Source: an uncultured Actinomycetota bacterium
Lineage (GTDB): Bacteria; Actinomycetota; Actinomycetes; Propionibacteriales; Nocardioidaceae
DNA length: 64,000 nucleotides
Direction of reading: 5' to 3'
NCBI GenBank assembly: GCA_963756135.1
Contig: CAVWMP010000009.1
Location: 43,108-107,107, forward strand
Numbering within the stretch: position 1 is the stretch's first letter; every line of letters starts with the position of its first letter. The translations under genes were made by a program, and so were the position numbers. A model generated the notes under the pieces. It did not search any database and was not told the origin of the DNA. It saw nothing but the letters and a program-made list of their open reading frames with translations. This document shows positions 26,629-38,263 of the stretch, piece by piece.

Positions 26629-26631
26629 GTT

Positions 26632-27933
26632 GTGCCGGTGAGCGAGACGATCTTCACCTATGCCGCTCCGGCGCTGAAGTTCGGAACCGGTGCCTCCGCC
26701 GAGATCGGGCACGACCTGCGGGGGTACGGCGCCCGCCGGGTGCTGCTGGTCACCGACCCCGGCGTCGCGGCCACCGGCCACCCCGCCCGGATCGCCGAGC
26801 AGGTTCGCGGCGACGACGTCGAGGTCGTCGTCTTCGACCGGGTCCGGGTCGAGCCGACCGACGAGTCGATGGCCGAGGCGATCGCCTTCGCCCGCGACGC
26901 CGGTCGGATCGACGCGATCCTCGCGGTCGGTGGCGGCTCCAGCATCGACACGGCGAAGGCGGTGAACCTGCTGCTCACCAACCCCGGCGAGCTGATGGAC
27001 TACATCAACGCCCCGGTCGGCCGGGCGAGCGCCCCGACCCGCCCGCTGCTGCCGCTGGTCGCGGTGCCGACCACCACCGGCACCGGCAGCGAGAGCACCA
27101 CGATCTGCGTGCTCGACGTGCTGTCCCTGCACGTGAAGACCGGGATCAGCCACCCCGCCCTCCGACCGACGCTGGCGGTGGTCGACCCGGCGCTGACGGT
27201 CAGCCAGCCGGCGATGGTCACCGCCGCGGCCGGCCTGGACATCCTCTGCCACGCCCTGGAGAGCTACACCGCCCGGTGGTACGCCGACTTCGACGCCAAG
27301 CGTCCCGAGCAGCGGGTGCCGTACTGCGGGGCCAACCCGATCGCCGACCTGTGGGCCGAGAGGGCGCTGACGCTGATGGCCGGGGCGTTCCGGGACGCGG
27401 TGGCCGCCGGCCCCGACCCGGACGGCGATCCCGGTGCGGTGAGCCCCGCGCGGGAGCAGCTGGCGATGGCGGCCACCTTCGCGGGGCTCGGGTTCGGCAA
27501 CGCCGGCGTGCACATCCCGCACGCCAACGCCTACCCGATCGCGGGCCGGGTCCGCGACTACCGACCCGCGGGCTACCCCGACGACGGGCCGATCGTGCCG
27601 CACGGGATGGCCGTCTCGCTGACCGCTCCCGAGGCGTTCCGGTTCACCTTCGAGGCCGCCCCCGAGCGTCACCTGCACGCGGCGCGACTGCTGGACCCCC
27701 AGCAGCAGTACGTCGAGGCGCGCGGCGCCGACCTGCTGCCGCGCGTGCTCACCGGGATCATGCGCGACGTCGGCATCCCCAACGGTCTCGGCGCGGTCGG
27801 GTACGGCGAGGCCGACGTCGAGGCCCTGGTGGCCGGATCGCTGCAGCAGCAGCGGCTGTTGGCCACGTCACCTCGCCCGGTCACCGACGACGACCTCGCC
27901 TCGGTGTTCAGGGGCTCGATGGAACACTGGTGA
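26632..27933 (+). CDS. Iron-containing (group III) alcohol dehydrogenase family protein
   Basis: GGGSSIDTAKA motif, PTTTGTGSE, and His-rich metal site (...NAGVHIPHANAYP...). Start GTG 26632 or 26638. Confidence 0.8.
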   Translation: MPVSETIFTYAAPALKFGTGASAEIGHDLRGYGARRVLLVTDPGVAATGHPARIAEQVRGDDVEVVVFDRVRVEPTDESMAEAIAFARDAGRIDAILAVGGGSSIDTAKAVNLLLTNPGELMDYINAPVGRASAPTRPLLPLVAVPTTTGTGSESTTICVLDVLSLHVKTGISHPALRPTLAVVDPALTVSQPAMVTAAAGLDILCHALESYTARWYADFDAKRPEQRVPYCGANPIADLWAERALTLMAGAFRDAVAAGPDPDGDPGAVSPAREQLAMAATFAGLGFGNAGVHIPHANAYPIAGRVRDYRPAGYPDDGPIVPHGMAVSLTAPEAFRFTFEAAPERHLHAARLLDPQQQYVEARGADLLPRVLTGIMRDVGIPNGLGAVGYGEADVEALVAGSLQQQRLLATSPRPVTDDDLASVFRGSMEHW

Positions 27934-28430
27934 CCGTGCGCGCAGCGTTCGGGGCGAGCGTCGTCGGGTACGCCGTCGCGCTGGTCGTCGCGGCGTTCGT
28001 GCTCCCGGATCGCGTGGCGATGCACCGCGACGCCACCGGGCGGATCGATGGCTGGGCAGGACACACGGAGGCGGTCGTGACGATGGGCGTGGTCGGCGGC
28101 GCTGTCGCGCTGCTCTTCGCGGCGCTCGGCGGCAGCGCGTCACGGTTGCCGATCTCCTGGATCAACGTGCCCGGCAAGCAGTGGTGGACCGCCACCGAGG
28201 AGCGCGAGTCGCTGCTGCGGCACCGGCTCCGCGACGACCTGTACCTGCTCGGTGCGCTGACGATGGGGCTGTTGGTCGGCATCGTGCTGCTCACGATCCC
28301 GCTGTCCCGGTCCGGCGCACCCGCCGGTGGCCTCGCCGAGGGGGTGCTGGTCGCGGCGTACCTGCTCGCGGTCCTCGCCTGGACCGGGTGGGCCGTCACC
28401 GTCCGCTACCGACCGGGGGACCCGGCGTGA
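27930..28430 (+). CDS. Small polytopic membrane protein
   Basis: GTG 27930 overlaps the ADH stop (GTGA). About 166 aa with 4 hydrophobic helices. Stop overlaps the next start. Confidence 0.5.
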   Translation: MTVRAAFGASVVGYAVALVVAAFVLPDRVAMHRDATGRIDGWAGHTEAVVTMGVVGGAVALLFAALGGSASRLPISWINVPGKQWWTATEERESLLRHRLRDDLYLLGALTMGLLVGIVLLTIPLSRSGAPAGGLAEGVLVAAYLLAVLAWTGWAVTVRYRPGDPA

Positions 28431-31270
28431 CCTCGACCGCGGACCTGCTCGGCGAGCTGCGCCGTCGCGGCGTCACCGACGTCGACGACTCGGCGCTGAC
28501 CCGGGCGCTGTACTCCTCCGACGCCTCGCTGTACCGGGTCCTGCCGCAGGCCGTGGCTCGGCCGCAGCACCCCGACGAGCTGCTCGCGGTCCTCGACGTG
28601 GCTCGGACCGCGGGGGTCCCGGTGACGATGCGCGGTGCCGGCACCTCGATCGCCGGCAACGCGGTCGGTCCGGGCCTGGTGGTCGACACCCTCAAGCACC
28701 TGAACCGGGTCGTCTCGATCGACGCCGAGACCCGCACCGCGGTCGTGCAGCCCGGCGTCGTGCACGCCGACCTGCAGCGGGCCGCCGCGCCGTACGGGCT
28801 GCGGTTCGGGCCCGACCCCTCGACGCACACCCGCTGCACGATCGGCGGGATGATCGGCAACAACGCCTGCGGCTCCCGGGCGCTGGGCTACGGCCGGACC
28901 GCCGACAACGTGGTCGGGGTCCGGGCCGTGTTCGGCACCGGGGAGGAGCTGGTCACCGGCGGCAGCTCGCCGGGAGGCTCCCGTGGTGGCGTGGCCGGGC
29001 GGCTGGACGAGCTGGTCGCCGACCACCTCGGCCACGTCCGGACCTCCTTCGGCCGGTTCACCCGGCAGGTCAGCGGCTACTCCCTGGAGCACCTGCTGCC
29101 GGAGAACGGTCGCGCGGTGGAGCGGTTCCTGGTCGGCTCCGAGGGCACCCTCGCGGTGGTCACCGAGGCCACCGTGCGGCTGGTCGCCGAGGAGGCCCAG
29201 CGGCTGCTGGTGGTGCTCGGCTACCCGTCGATGGCCGAGGCCGCCGATGCGGTGCCGGCGCTGCTGGCTGCCGCGGACGGCCGGATGGTCGCCTGCGAGG
29301 GGATCGACGCCCGGATCGTCGACCTGGTCCGGGGCCGGGGGAGCGCGGTGCCCGACCTTCCCCGCGGTGCCGGCTGGCTCTTCGTCGAGGTCACCGACCC
29401 CGACCTGGCCGCCCGGGTGTCCGCGGAGTCCGGGGCGCTGGAGTCCCGGCTGGTCACCGACGCGGCGCAGGCCGCCGCCCTGTGGCGGATCCGTGAGGAC
29501 GGCGCCGGACTGGCCGCGCGCAGCCTCGGCAGCCCGGCGTACTCCGGCTGGGAGGACGCCGCGGTGCCCCCCGACCGGCTCGGGGCCTGGCTGCGCCACT
29601 TCGACGACCTGCTTCGCGAGCACGGCCTCGACGGGGTGCCGTACGGCCACTTCGGCGACGGTTGCGTGCACGTCCGGATCGACTTCGGTCTCCGACCCGG
29701 CGACGAGGGCAGCCGCCGGGCCTTCCGCGACTTCCTCACCGCGGCCGCGCTCGCGCTGCGCGAGCACGGCGGGTCGCTGTCCGGCGAGCACGGCGACGGC
29801 CGGGCCCGTTCCGAGCTGCTCCCGCTGATGTACGACGCGGAGTCGCTGCGGCTCTTCGGCGCGGTCAAGGCGATCTGCGACCCGGACAACCTGCTCAACC
29901 CCGGCAACCTCGTCGACCCCGCGCCGCTGGACGCCGACCTGCGTCCGGTCCGGCCGCGCCGACCGGTGAGCACCGCGCTGCGCTTCGTGCACGACGGCGG
30001 CTCGCTCGGCGACGCGGTGCACCGGTGCACCGGGGTCGGCAAGTGCGTGGCGCCGCGGACGACGGGCGTGATGTGCCCCTCCTACCTCGCCACCCGCGAC
30101 GAGAAGGACTCCACCCGGGGCCGCGCGCGGGTGCTCCAGGAGGCGGTGGACGGCTCGCTGGTCCAGGGCTTCGCCGATCCGGCCGTGGAGGCCGCGCTCG
30201 ACCTCTGCCTGGCCTGCAAGGGGTGCGCCTCGGACTGCCCGACCGGCGTCGACATGGCCACCTACAAGGCCGAGGCGCTGCACCAGCGCTACGACGGCCC
30301 CGACGCGACCGAGCGGAGGCCACGCAGCCACTACCTGCTCGGTCGGTTGCCGAGGTGGGCCGCGCTCACCGCGCCGGTGGCGCCGGTCGCCAACGCGATG
30401 ATGCGGCTCGCACCGGTGGCCCGGCTGGCCCGGGCCACCGCCGGCATCGACCAGCGCCGGTCGATCCCCCCCTTCGCCCCGACCACGCTGCGCCGCGGCG
30501 TACCCCGCGACCAGCGCCGGACCTCCCCGAGCGAGCCGGTCGACGTGTGGGTCTGGGCCGACTCGTTCACCGACCACTTCTTCCCGGCCAGCGGCCGTGC
30601 CGCGATCGACTTCCTGACCGCGGCCGGGCTGCGGGTCCGGGTGATCGGCGAGGACGCCTGCTGCGGGCTGACCTGGATCACCACCGGCCAGCTGACCGCG
30701 GCCCGGGCGATCATGGCGCGCACCGTGGCCACGCTCGCGCCGTACGTCGCCAGCGGCGTCCCCGTCCTCGGCCTGGAGCCCTCCTGCCTGGCCACGCTGC
30801 GCAGCGACGCCGTCGAGCTGACCGACGACCCGCGGGCCGCGGAGGTCGCGGCCGGCGTGCTGACGTTCGCCGAGGCCGTGACCCGGCTCGGCGTGCCGCT
30901 GCCCGACCTGACCGGCGTGCAGGTCGTCGCCCAGCCGCACTGCCACCAGTCGGCGATCCTCGGCTGGGCCGCCGACCAGGCGCTGCTCGAGAGCGCCGGC
31001 GCCACCGTCACCCGGGTCGCCGGCTGCTGCGGGCTGGCCGGCAACTTCGGCGTCGAGAAGGGTCACTACGAGGTCTCGGTCGCGGTCGCGGAGACGTACC
31101 TGCTGCCGGCGGTGCGGGCGAACCCGGGCGCGGTGGTGCTGGCCGACGGGATGTCCTGCAAGGTCCAGCTCGACGACCTGGCCGGGGTGACGGCGCTGCA
31201 CCTGGCCGAGCTGCTCGCCTCCCGGGTCCCGGCCGCGCGGGCCCCGCAGGCCTCGCGGGGTCGGCGATGA
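28427..31270 (+). CDS. FAD-binding oxidase fused to Fe-S / CCG-domain module (GlcD-GlcF-like fusion)
   Basis: GTG 28427 overlaps the upstream stop (GTGA). FAD PCMH domain (MRGAGTSIAGNAVGPGLVVD), two Cys clusters (CTGVGKCVAP...CPSY and CLACKGCASDCP) and two CCG motifs (EDACCGLTW, VAGCCGLAGNFG). Confidence 0.85.
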   Translation: MTSTADLLGELRRRGVTDVDDSALTRALYSSDASLYRVLPQAVARPQHPDELLAVLDVARTAGVPVTMRGAGTSIAGNAVGPGLVVDTLKHLNRVVSIDAETRTAVVQPGVVHADLQRAAAPYGLRFGPDPSTHTRCTIGGMIGNNACGSRALGYGRTADNVVGVRAVFGTGEELVTGGSSPGGSRGGVAGRLDELVADHLGHVRTSFGRFTRQVSGYSLEHLLPENGRAVERFLVGSEGTLAVVTEATVRLVAEEAQRLLVVLGYPSMAEAADAVPALLAAADGRMVACEGIDARIVDLVRGRGSAVPDLPRGAGWLFVEVTDPDLAARVSAESGALESRLVTDAAQAAALWRIREDGAGLAARSLGSPAYSGWEDAAVPPDRLGAWLRHFDDLLREHGLDGVPYGHFGDGCVHVRIDFGLRPGDEGSRRAFRDFLTAAALALREHGGSLSGEHGDGRARSELLPLMYDAESLRLFGAVKAICDPDNLLNPGNLVDPAPLDADLRPVRPRRPVSTALRFVHDGGSLGDAVHRCTGVGKCVAPRTTGVMCPSYLATRDEKDSTRGRARVLQEAVDGSLVQGFADPAVEAALDLCLACKGCASDCPTGVDMATYKAEALHQRYDGPDATERRPRSHYLLGRLPRWAALTAPVAPVANAMMRLAPVARLARATAGIDQRRSIPPFAPTTLRRGVPRDQRRTSPSEPVDVWVWADSFTDHFFPASGRAAIDFLTAAGLRVRVIGEDACCGLTWITTGQLTAARAIMARTVATLAPYVASGVPVLGLEPSCLATLRSDAVELTDDPRAAEVAAGVLTFAEAVTRLGVPLPDLTGVQVVAQPHCHQSAILGWAADQALLESAGATVTRVAGCCGLAGNFGVEKGHYEVSVAVAETYLLPAVRANPGAVVLADGMSCKVQLDDLAGVTALHLAELLASRVPAARAPQASRGRR

Positions 31271-31350
31271 ACCCGCGGTACCGACGGCTGGTCATCCCGG
31301 TCGCGCTGGTCGGTCTGCTGCTGCTGGTGGTGCTGGCGGCGGTGCTGTGA
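31267..31350 (+). CDS. 27-aa single-TM micro-protein (candidate)
   Basis: ATG 31267 overlaps the oxidase stop (ATGA). The peptide is MNPRYRRLVIPVALVGLLLLVVLAAVL (basic N-terminus plus one TM helix). Stop 31348-31350 lies 6 nt before the next ATG. Confidence 0.4.
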   Translation: MNPRYRRLVIPVALVGLLLLVVLAAVL

Positions 31351-31356
31351 TGCGGC

Positions 31357-32616
31357 ATGGCGAGGAGCGCCGTGGCTGAGCCGCTGCTGCGGGTGCTGGC
31401 GCAGCTGCGCGGGCACCTGCTCGATCCCGACACCCTGGTCCGGGCCGTCGCCTCGGGACGCCGACGCGGCCAGAGCCCCGCGTGGCGCCGGGTGGAGCTG
31501 CGCTACGTCGACCTCAAGGCCGGCCGTCACCTCCAGCTGACCTGCTACGACGCCACCCAGGCCCACACCACCAACCACGCGGTGGGCGACGCCGCCCGGG
31601 ACGCCGTGGACGGGCTGCTGGACGAGCCGTTCGGCAACTGGAACGTCGACACCGCCACCCACACCCACCAGGTCCGGGTCACCAAGAAGCTCGAGGCGTT
31701 GCTGCACACGACCGAGCGGACCGGTTCGGTCGAGGTCGAGCGCAGCCACGACCGCGGCAAGGAGCGGCTGCTGCCCGAGGACGACCCGGTGCTGCGGGTG
31801 CTCGGCCTCAGCGACCACGAGGGCCGGATCAAGCCCAGCCGGCAGGCCAAGTACCGCCAGGTCGAGGAGTTCCTGCGGCTGCTCGACTCCGCGATCACCG
31901 ACGCCCTGGAGAAGGGGCACCTGCGCCGGCCGACCGCCGAGGACCCGCTGCGGATCGTCGACCTCGGCTGCGGCAACGCCTACCTCACCTTCGCCGCCCA
32001 GCGGTACCTCACCGCGGTCCGCGACCTGCCGGTGGTGGTCACCGGCGTGGACGTCAAGGACCAGTCCCGCGAGCACAACAGCGCGGTCGCCGGCGAGCTC
32101 GGGGTGGCCGCGGAGTTCGTGGTCGGGTCGATCTCCGGGGTCCGGCTGGAGACGGCCCCGGAGGTGGTGCTGGCCCTGCACGCCTGCGACACCGCGACCG
32201 ACGAGGCGCTGGCCCGGGCGGTGGAGTGGGAAGCGCGGCTGGTGCTGGCCGCCCCCTGCTGCCACCACGACATCGCCGCCCAGCTGCGGCAGGCGCCGAC
32301 CCCGGCGCCGTACGCGATGCTCACCCGGCACGGCATCCTCCGCGAACGGTTCGCCGACACCCTCACCGACGGCCTGCGTGCCGCGCTGATGCGGTTGGCG
32401 GGGTACCGGGTCGACGTGGTCCAGTTCGTGGAGAGCCAGCACACGCCGCGCAACACGATGCTCCGGGCGGTCCGCACCGGCGCCCCGGTGCGCGGCGGCG
32501 GAGCCCGGCGGGAGTACGACGACATGGTCGCCGCTTGGGGTGTCCGGCCGCGGCTGGCGGCGCTGCTCGAGCACGGCACCCGGACCGGCAGCGGCGGGGC
32601 CGACCCGGATGCGTGA
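31357..32616 (+). CDS. Class I SAM-dependent methyltransferase family protein
   Basis: Intact 419-aa ORF. Motif I IVDLGCGNAYLTF in the middle; later LALHACDTATDEAL and AAPCCHHD blocks. Confidence 0.7.
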   Translation: MARSAVAEPLLRVLAQLRGHLLDPDTLVRAVASGRRRGQSPAWRRVELRYVDLKAGRHLQLTCYDATQAHTTNHAVGDAARDAVDGLLDEPFGNWNVDTATHTHQVRVTKKLEALLHTTERTGSVEVERSHDRGKERLLPEDDPVLRVLGLSDHEGRIKPSRQAKYRQVEEFLRLLDSAITDALEKGHLRRPTAEDPLRIVDLGCGNAYLTFAAQRYLTAVRDLPVVVTGVDVKDQSREHNSAVAGELGVAAEFVVGSISGVRLETAPEVVLALHACDTATDEALARAVEWEARLVLAAPCCHHDIAAQLRQAPTPAPYAMLTRHGILRERFADTLTDGLRAALMRLAGYRVDVVQFVESQHTPRNTMLRAVRTGAPVRGGGARREYDDMVAAWGVRPRLAALLEHGTRTGSGGADPDA

Positions 32617-33673
32617 CCGGACCCTCGCGGTGGCGCTGGTGGTGCCGTTCCTCATCGGCGGCTACGGCATCGGCGCGGTCGGCCTGCTCGGCGGCGACCG
32701 GGTGGTGGCCGAGCCGCAGGGGGTGCAGGTGGCGTTCAGCTTCGCCGACCCCGAGATCATCGAGTCCAGCGGGCTGGCGCTGCTCGCCGACCCAGCCGAG
32801 CCGGCCCCCGCGACGGCGCCGGTGCTGACCGTCAACGACTCCGGCGACTCCGGCCGGGTGTTCGTGGTCGACCCGAGCACCGGGGAGACGCTGGGGGAGA
32901 CCCGCTGGGAGGCCGACCCCGAGGACGTCGAGGCGCTCGCGACCGGCCCCGACGGGGACGTGTGGGTCGGCGACATCGGGGACAACACCTCCTCGCGACC
33001 GTCGGTCTCGGTGTTGCGGGTGCCGGTCTCCACCGACGACGCCACCGTGGACCCGGTCGTCTACCCGCTGACCTACCCGGGCGGCGCCCGGGACGCCGAG
33101 GCGATGCTGGTGCACCCGGGCACCGGCCGGGTCTACGTGGTCAGCAAGAGCATCTTCGGCGGCGGGATCTACGCCGCCCCGCGCCGGCTCTCGCCGGACG
33201 GCAACCGGCTCGAGCAGCTGGGGGACGCGCCGGCGATCGTCACCGACGGTGCCTTCTTCCCCGACGGTCGCCACCTGGTGCTGCGCGACTACAGCCGTGC
33301 GGTCGTCCTGGCGTTCCCGTCGCTGGAGGAGGTGGCCGGCTTCGGGCTGCCGAGCCAGGAGCAGGGGGAGGGGATCGCCGTGCTCGACGACCGGACCCTG
33401 CTGGTCAGCAGCGAGGGACGCAACGCCGAGGTGCTGGCCGTCCCGCTGCCCGCCGACGTCCGTGCCGCGATGGCCCCGTCGCCCAGCCCGACCCCGTCCC
33501 CGACCGCCACCGGGCCGACGCTGCCGGCGCCGACCCCGCCGCCGGCCTCCCGCGAGGGTCTCGAGGTGCCCGAGGTCACGACGACGGAGCGACCGGTGTG
33601 GCCGTGGTTCCTCACCGGGTGGCTCGGCCTCGGCGTCATCGTGCTGCTGATCTGGTCGCTGCGGCGGCGCTGA
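32609..33673 (+). CDS. Exported protein with C-terminal Pro-rich linker and TM anchor
   Basis: ATG 32609 overlaps the 3' end of the methyltransferase by 8 nt. N-terminal signal/TM, a repetitive beta-rich body (GDVWVGDIGDN, GRVYVVSK), a PSPSPTPSPT linker and a terminal TM (WFLTGWLGLGVIVLLIW). Confidence 0.55.
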   Translation: MRDRTLAVALVVPFLIGGYGIGAVGLLGGDRVVAEPQGVQVAFSFADPEIIESSGLALLADPAEPAPATAPVLTVNDSGDSGRVFVVDPSTGETLGETRWEADPEDVEALATGPDGDVWVGDIGDNTSSRPSVSVLRVPVSTDDATVDPVVYPLTYPGGARDAEAMLVHPGTGRVYVVSKSIFGGGIYAAPRRLSPDGNRLEQLGDAPAIVTDGAFFPDGRHLVLRDYSRAVVLAFPSLEEVAGFGLPSQEQGEGIAVLDDRTLLVSSEGRNAEVLAVPLPADVRAAMAPSPSPTPSPTATGPTLPAPTPPPASREGLEVPEVTTTERPVWPWFLTGWLGLGVIVLLIWSLRRR

Positions 33674-33728
33674 ACGTGGTGAGGTGCGGCACGGTTTGGC
33701 GGGCCGCGCCTGCGGCTACCGGCCGGTC

Positions 33729-34735
33729 GTGCCCCGGCTCCGCAGGACCTCGCCCGACCAGCCCGGCTGGACCCGGCGACGGTCCGGCCGGGGCTTCGTC
33801 TACCTCGACCAGCAGGGCCGACGGCTGCCCGAGGAGGACGTCCAGCGGGTCCGGGACCTGGTGATCCCGCCCGCCTGGCGCGACGTGTGGGTGACGCCGT
33901 ACGAGAACGGCCACCTCCAGGCCGTCGGCACCGACGACGCGGGTCGGCGCCAGTACCTCTACCACCCGGCGTGGCGCGCCCGCCGGGACACGGAGAAGTT
34001 CGAGCGGATGACGGCGTTCGGGGAGGCCCTGGCCGATGCCCGGACCCGGGTCGTCGCCGACCTCGGCCGCGAGGGGATGCCGCTGGAGCGGGCCTGCGCG
34101 GTCGCCGTACGGCTGCTGGACCTGGGCTACTTCCGGATCGGCAACGACGTCTACGCCGACACCAACGGCAGCTTCGGGCTGACCACCCTGGAGCGGCGGC
34201 ACGTGCGGCGTCGTCAGGACCGGCTGGTGTTCGCCTTCGTCGGCAAGTCCGGGGTGGAGCACCGGATCGAGATCGACGACGCGGTCGTGGTGGAGACGGT
34301 CGACATCATGCGGCGCCGCCGCAGCCGGGACGACCCGCGGCTGCTCGCCTACAAGCTCGGCCGCTCCTGGCGCTCGATCCTGCCGGACCTCGTCAACGAG
34401 TACGTGCGCGCCTCGACCGGCCTGGAGGCCACCGCCAAGGACTTCCGCACCTGGCACGCCACGGTGCTGGCCGCGGCGGCGCTCGCCGAGACCCCGGAGC
34501 CGGGGCGGTCGGCGGCCTCCCGGAAACGGGCCGTCTCCGGGGCGATGAAGGAGGTCGCCTCGTTCCTCGGCAACACCCCGACGCTGGCCCGTTCGGCGTA
34601 CGTCGACCCCCGGGTCGTGGAGGCCTACGAGGAGGGCCGGACCATCGCGGAGGTCACCGCGCGCGAGTACGACAGCCCGGACGAGCGGCAGGCGGCGTTG
34701 GAGCGTGCCACGCTGGCGCTGGTGAAGGAGGCCTG

Positions 34736-34736
<1 letters not shown>
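33729..34736 (+). CDS. DNA topoisomerase IB (poxvirus-like bacterial type)
   Basis: GTG 33729 gives (M)PRLRRTSPDQPGWTRRRSGRGFVYLD. Also IPPAWRDVWV, GTDDAGRRQYLYH, KSGVEH, FRTWHATV and the catalytic-Tyr region LARSAYVDP. An alternative upstream GTG is at 33684. Confidence 0.8.
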
Positions 34737-36411
<1,675 letters not shown>

Positions 36412-36457
36412 CTATTGTGGCATCGCGTACCGCACCCCCAGCCCGAGGAGACGCATC

Positions 36458-36985
36458 GTGAGCATCGACCGCCCCGCCCACGACGGCGCTCGCGCCACGC
36501 GACTCAGCACCGGTCGCCGGGTCCTGATCGGGGTGGGCACGCTGCTGCTGCTCGGCGGGCTGGCGGCGGTCGTGATCGGCTTCGGGAGCTTCGTCGGTGC
36601 GATCGGCGCAGGCGGCGGGGAGCAGACCGTGCTCAGCGACGACACCGCCGGGATCCCCGACCTGCCGGACCAGCAGGCGGCCCCGGAGGACACCACCGGC
36701 GGGGACCTTGCCCTCTTCGCCGGCGGCGGCCTGGTGATGGTGGTCGGGCTCGGCGTGATCGCCTTCACCCGGGTCTCCTCGGGGTCGGGCGGCTACTCCC
36801 GGGTGACCATCGAGCACGGGGTCGGGCCCGGCGGCGGCTGGGGCGGCGGTGGTGCCCGTGGTCTGACCGGCGGGGTCGCCGGTGGTCTGAGCGGCGGGTC
36901 CGCTCGGCGCCGGTGCGAGTCGTGCGGCCGGGAGAACGGCGAGCAGGACACGTACTGCGGTGGATGTGGACGGGTCCTCGGCTGA
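36458..36985 (+). CDS. Membrane protein with Gly-rich region and C-terminal zinc ribbon
   Basis: GTG 36458 lies 7 nt after GAGGAG. Two TM helices, a GGGWGGGG stretch and the terminal CESCGRENGEQDTYCGGCG. Confidence 0.5.
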   Translation: MSIDRPAHDGARATRLSTGRRVLIGVGTLLLLGGLAAVVIGFGSFVGAIGAGGGEQTVLSDDTAGIPDLPDQQAAPEDTTGGDLALFAGGGLVMVVGLGVIAFTRVSSGSGGYSRVTIEHGVGPGGGWGGGGARGLTGGVAGGLSGGSARRRCESCGRENGEQDTYCGGCGRVLG

Positions 36986-37490
36986 GGCCGGCGTACCGCT
37001 CCGGCTGGAGCGGGTCTCGATCGCGCACCCTGACGCCGCGCTGCTGATCGAGGAGGTCCAGGCCGAGTACGTGCAGCGCTACGGAAGCCGCGACGACAGC
37101 CCGATCGACCCGGGCCACTTCGAGCCGCCGGAGGGGGCGTTCTTCGTCGGGTACCTCGACGCGGTCCCGGTGGTCAGCGGGGCCTGGCGGCGCTCGACCG
37201 TCACGGCGTACGGCACCAGCCGCACCGCGGAGATCAAGCGGATGTACGTCGTCCCCGGCGCCCGCGGGCGAGGGCTCGCCCGCGCGGTGCTGGCCCGTCT
37301 CGAGCTCAGCGCCGTCGAGCACGGGGCCGAGGCCATGGTGCTGGAGACAGGGCTGCGGCAGCCGGAGGCGATCGCGCTGTACGAGTCCTCGGGCTACCTC
37401 CCCGTCCCCGGCTTCGGGTACTACCGGGGCGAGCCACTGTCCCGCTGCTTCGCCAAGGCCGTCCGGGCGTCGGCGCATCCTGAGGGCTGA
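36960..37490 (+). CDS. GNAT family N-acetyltransferase
   Basis: AcCoA-binding motif MYVVPGARGRGLARAVL; about 176 aa. The start (GTG 36960 or 36966) overlaps the previous gene. Confidence 0.7.
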   Translation: MDVDGSSAEAGVPLRLERVSIAHPDAALLIEEVQAEYVQRYGSRDDSPIDPGHFEPPEGAFFVGYLDAVPVVSGAWRRSTVTAYGTSRTAEIKRMYVVPGARGRGLARAVLARLELSAVEHGAEAMVLETGLRQPEAIALYESSGYLPVPGFGYYRGEPLSRCFAKAVRASAHPEG

Positions 37491-37630
37491 CGCACGACGC
37501 GGATGGTGCCGACTCGAGGTCGAGGCGTAACGGTGAGCGGGTTGCTGCGTTGAACTCCTCGAGCGGCGGGGGGCTGCTCGTGCTCGCGGACCCAAACCGT
37601 CATCGCGACGGACAGGACGAGGTCGATCAG

Positions 37631-38098
37631 ATGCACAGCCCCTATGACGCCAGAGAGATCCCCGGTGCGACCCCTGCGGTCCCGACCCGGGACGCCCGGT
37701 TCCGCCACCCGGTCAGCGGCCGGTGGCTACCGCTGGTCGGCGAGGCGGACCCGGAGCGGCCGGACACCTGGCGGGACGGGTCCACCGTCGGGTGGAGCGT
37801 CTACGTCGGCGAGTGTGGCTGGGCCCCGCTGGTCCCGGAGTCGGCTCCACGACGGACGGTCTCACCGCTGGACTGGGTGGTGCTCTCGGTCGGCCTGCTG
37901 ATCATCTTCGGGGTGGTCGTGCTGGGCACCGGCCTGGGCGGACAGGCACTGCCACGGCCGACCGAGATGGCCGAGATGTCCGGCACCTCCGGTTCCACCG
38001 GCACCTCCGGTTCCACCGGCTCCACCGGCTCCTCGGGCCCGGCGGCACCGGCACCCGGCGCCGGCCTGGGGACGGACCCGGTCGAGGTCGGCGACTGA
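37631..38098 (+). CDS. Hypothetical single-TM protein with Ser/Thr/Gly-rich tail
   Basis: ATG 37631 (MHSPYDAREI...), TM helix WVVLSVGLLIIFGVVVLGTGL, then GTSGSTGTSGSTGSTGSSG encoded by an 18-bp perfect tandem duplication (37982-38017). Confidence 0.4.
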   Translation: MHSPYDAREIPGATPAVPTRDARFRHPVSGRWLPLVGEADPERPDTWRDGSTVGWSVYVGECGWAPLVPESAPRRTVSPLDWVVLSVGLLIIFGVVVLGTGLGGQALPRPTEMAEMSGTSGSTGTSGSTGSTGSSGPAAPAPGAGLGTDPVEVGD

Positions 38099-38263
38099 GA
38101 ACGACGTACCGCTGCTCTGTCAGCCGAACACGCCCCCTCTCCGTCTCGAGGTGGGAGGCCGCCACCTGGACGTCCTAGCCGGAAATGGCCGATCGGTCAT
38201 GACTCCGAGGGGCCTGGAGCATTCCTCGGACGGGGGCGGAAGCCGCTGCCTACCGTCGCGGAC

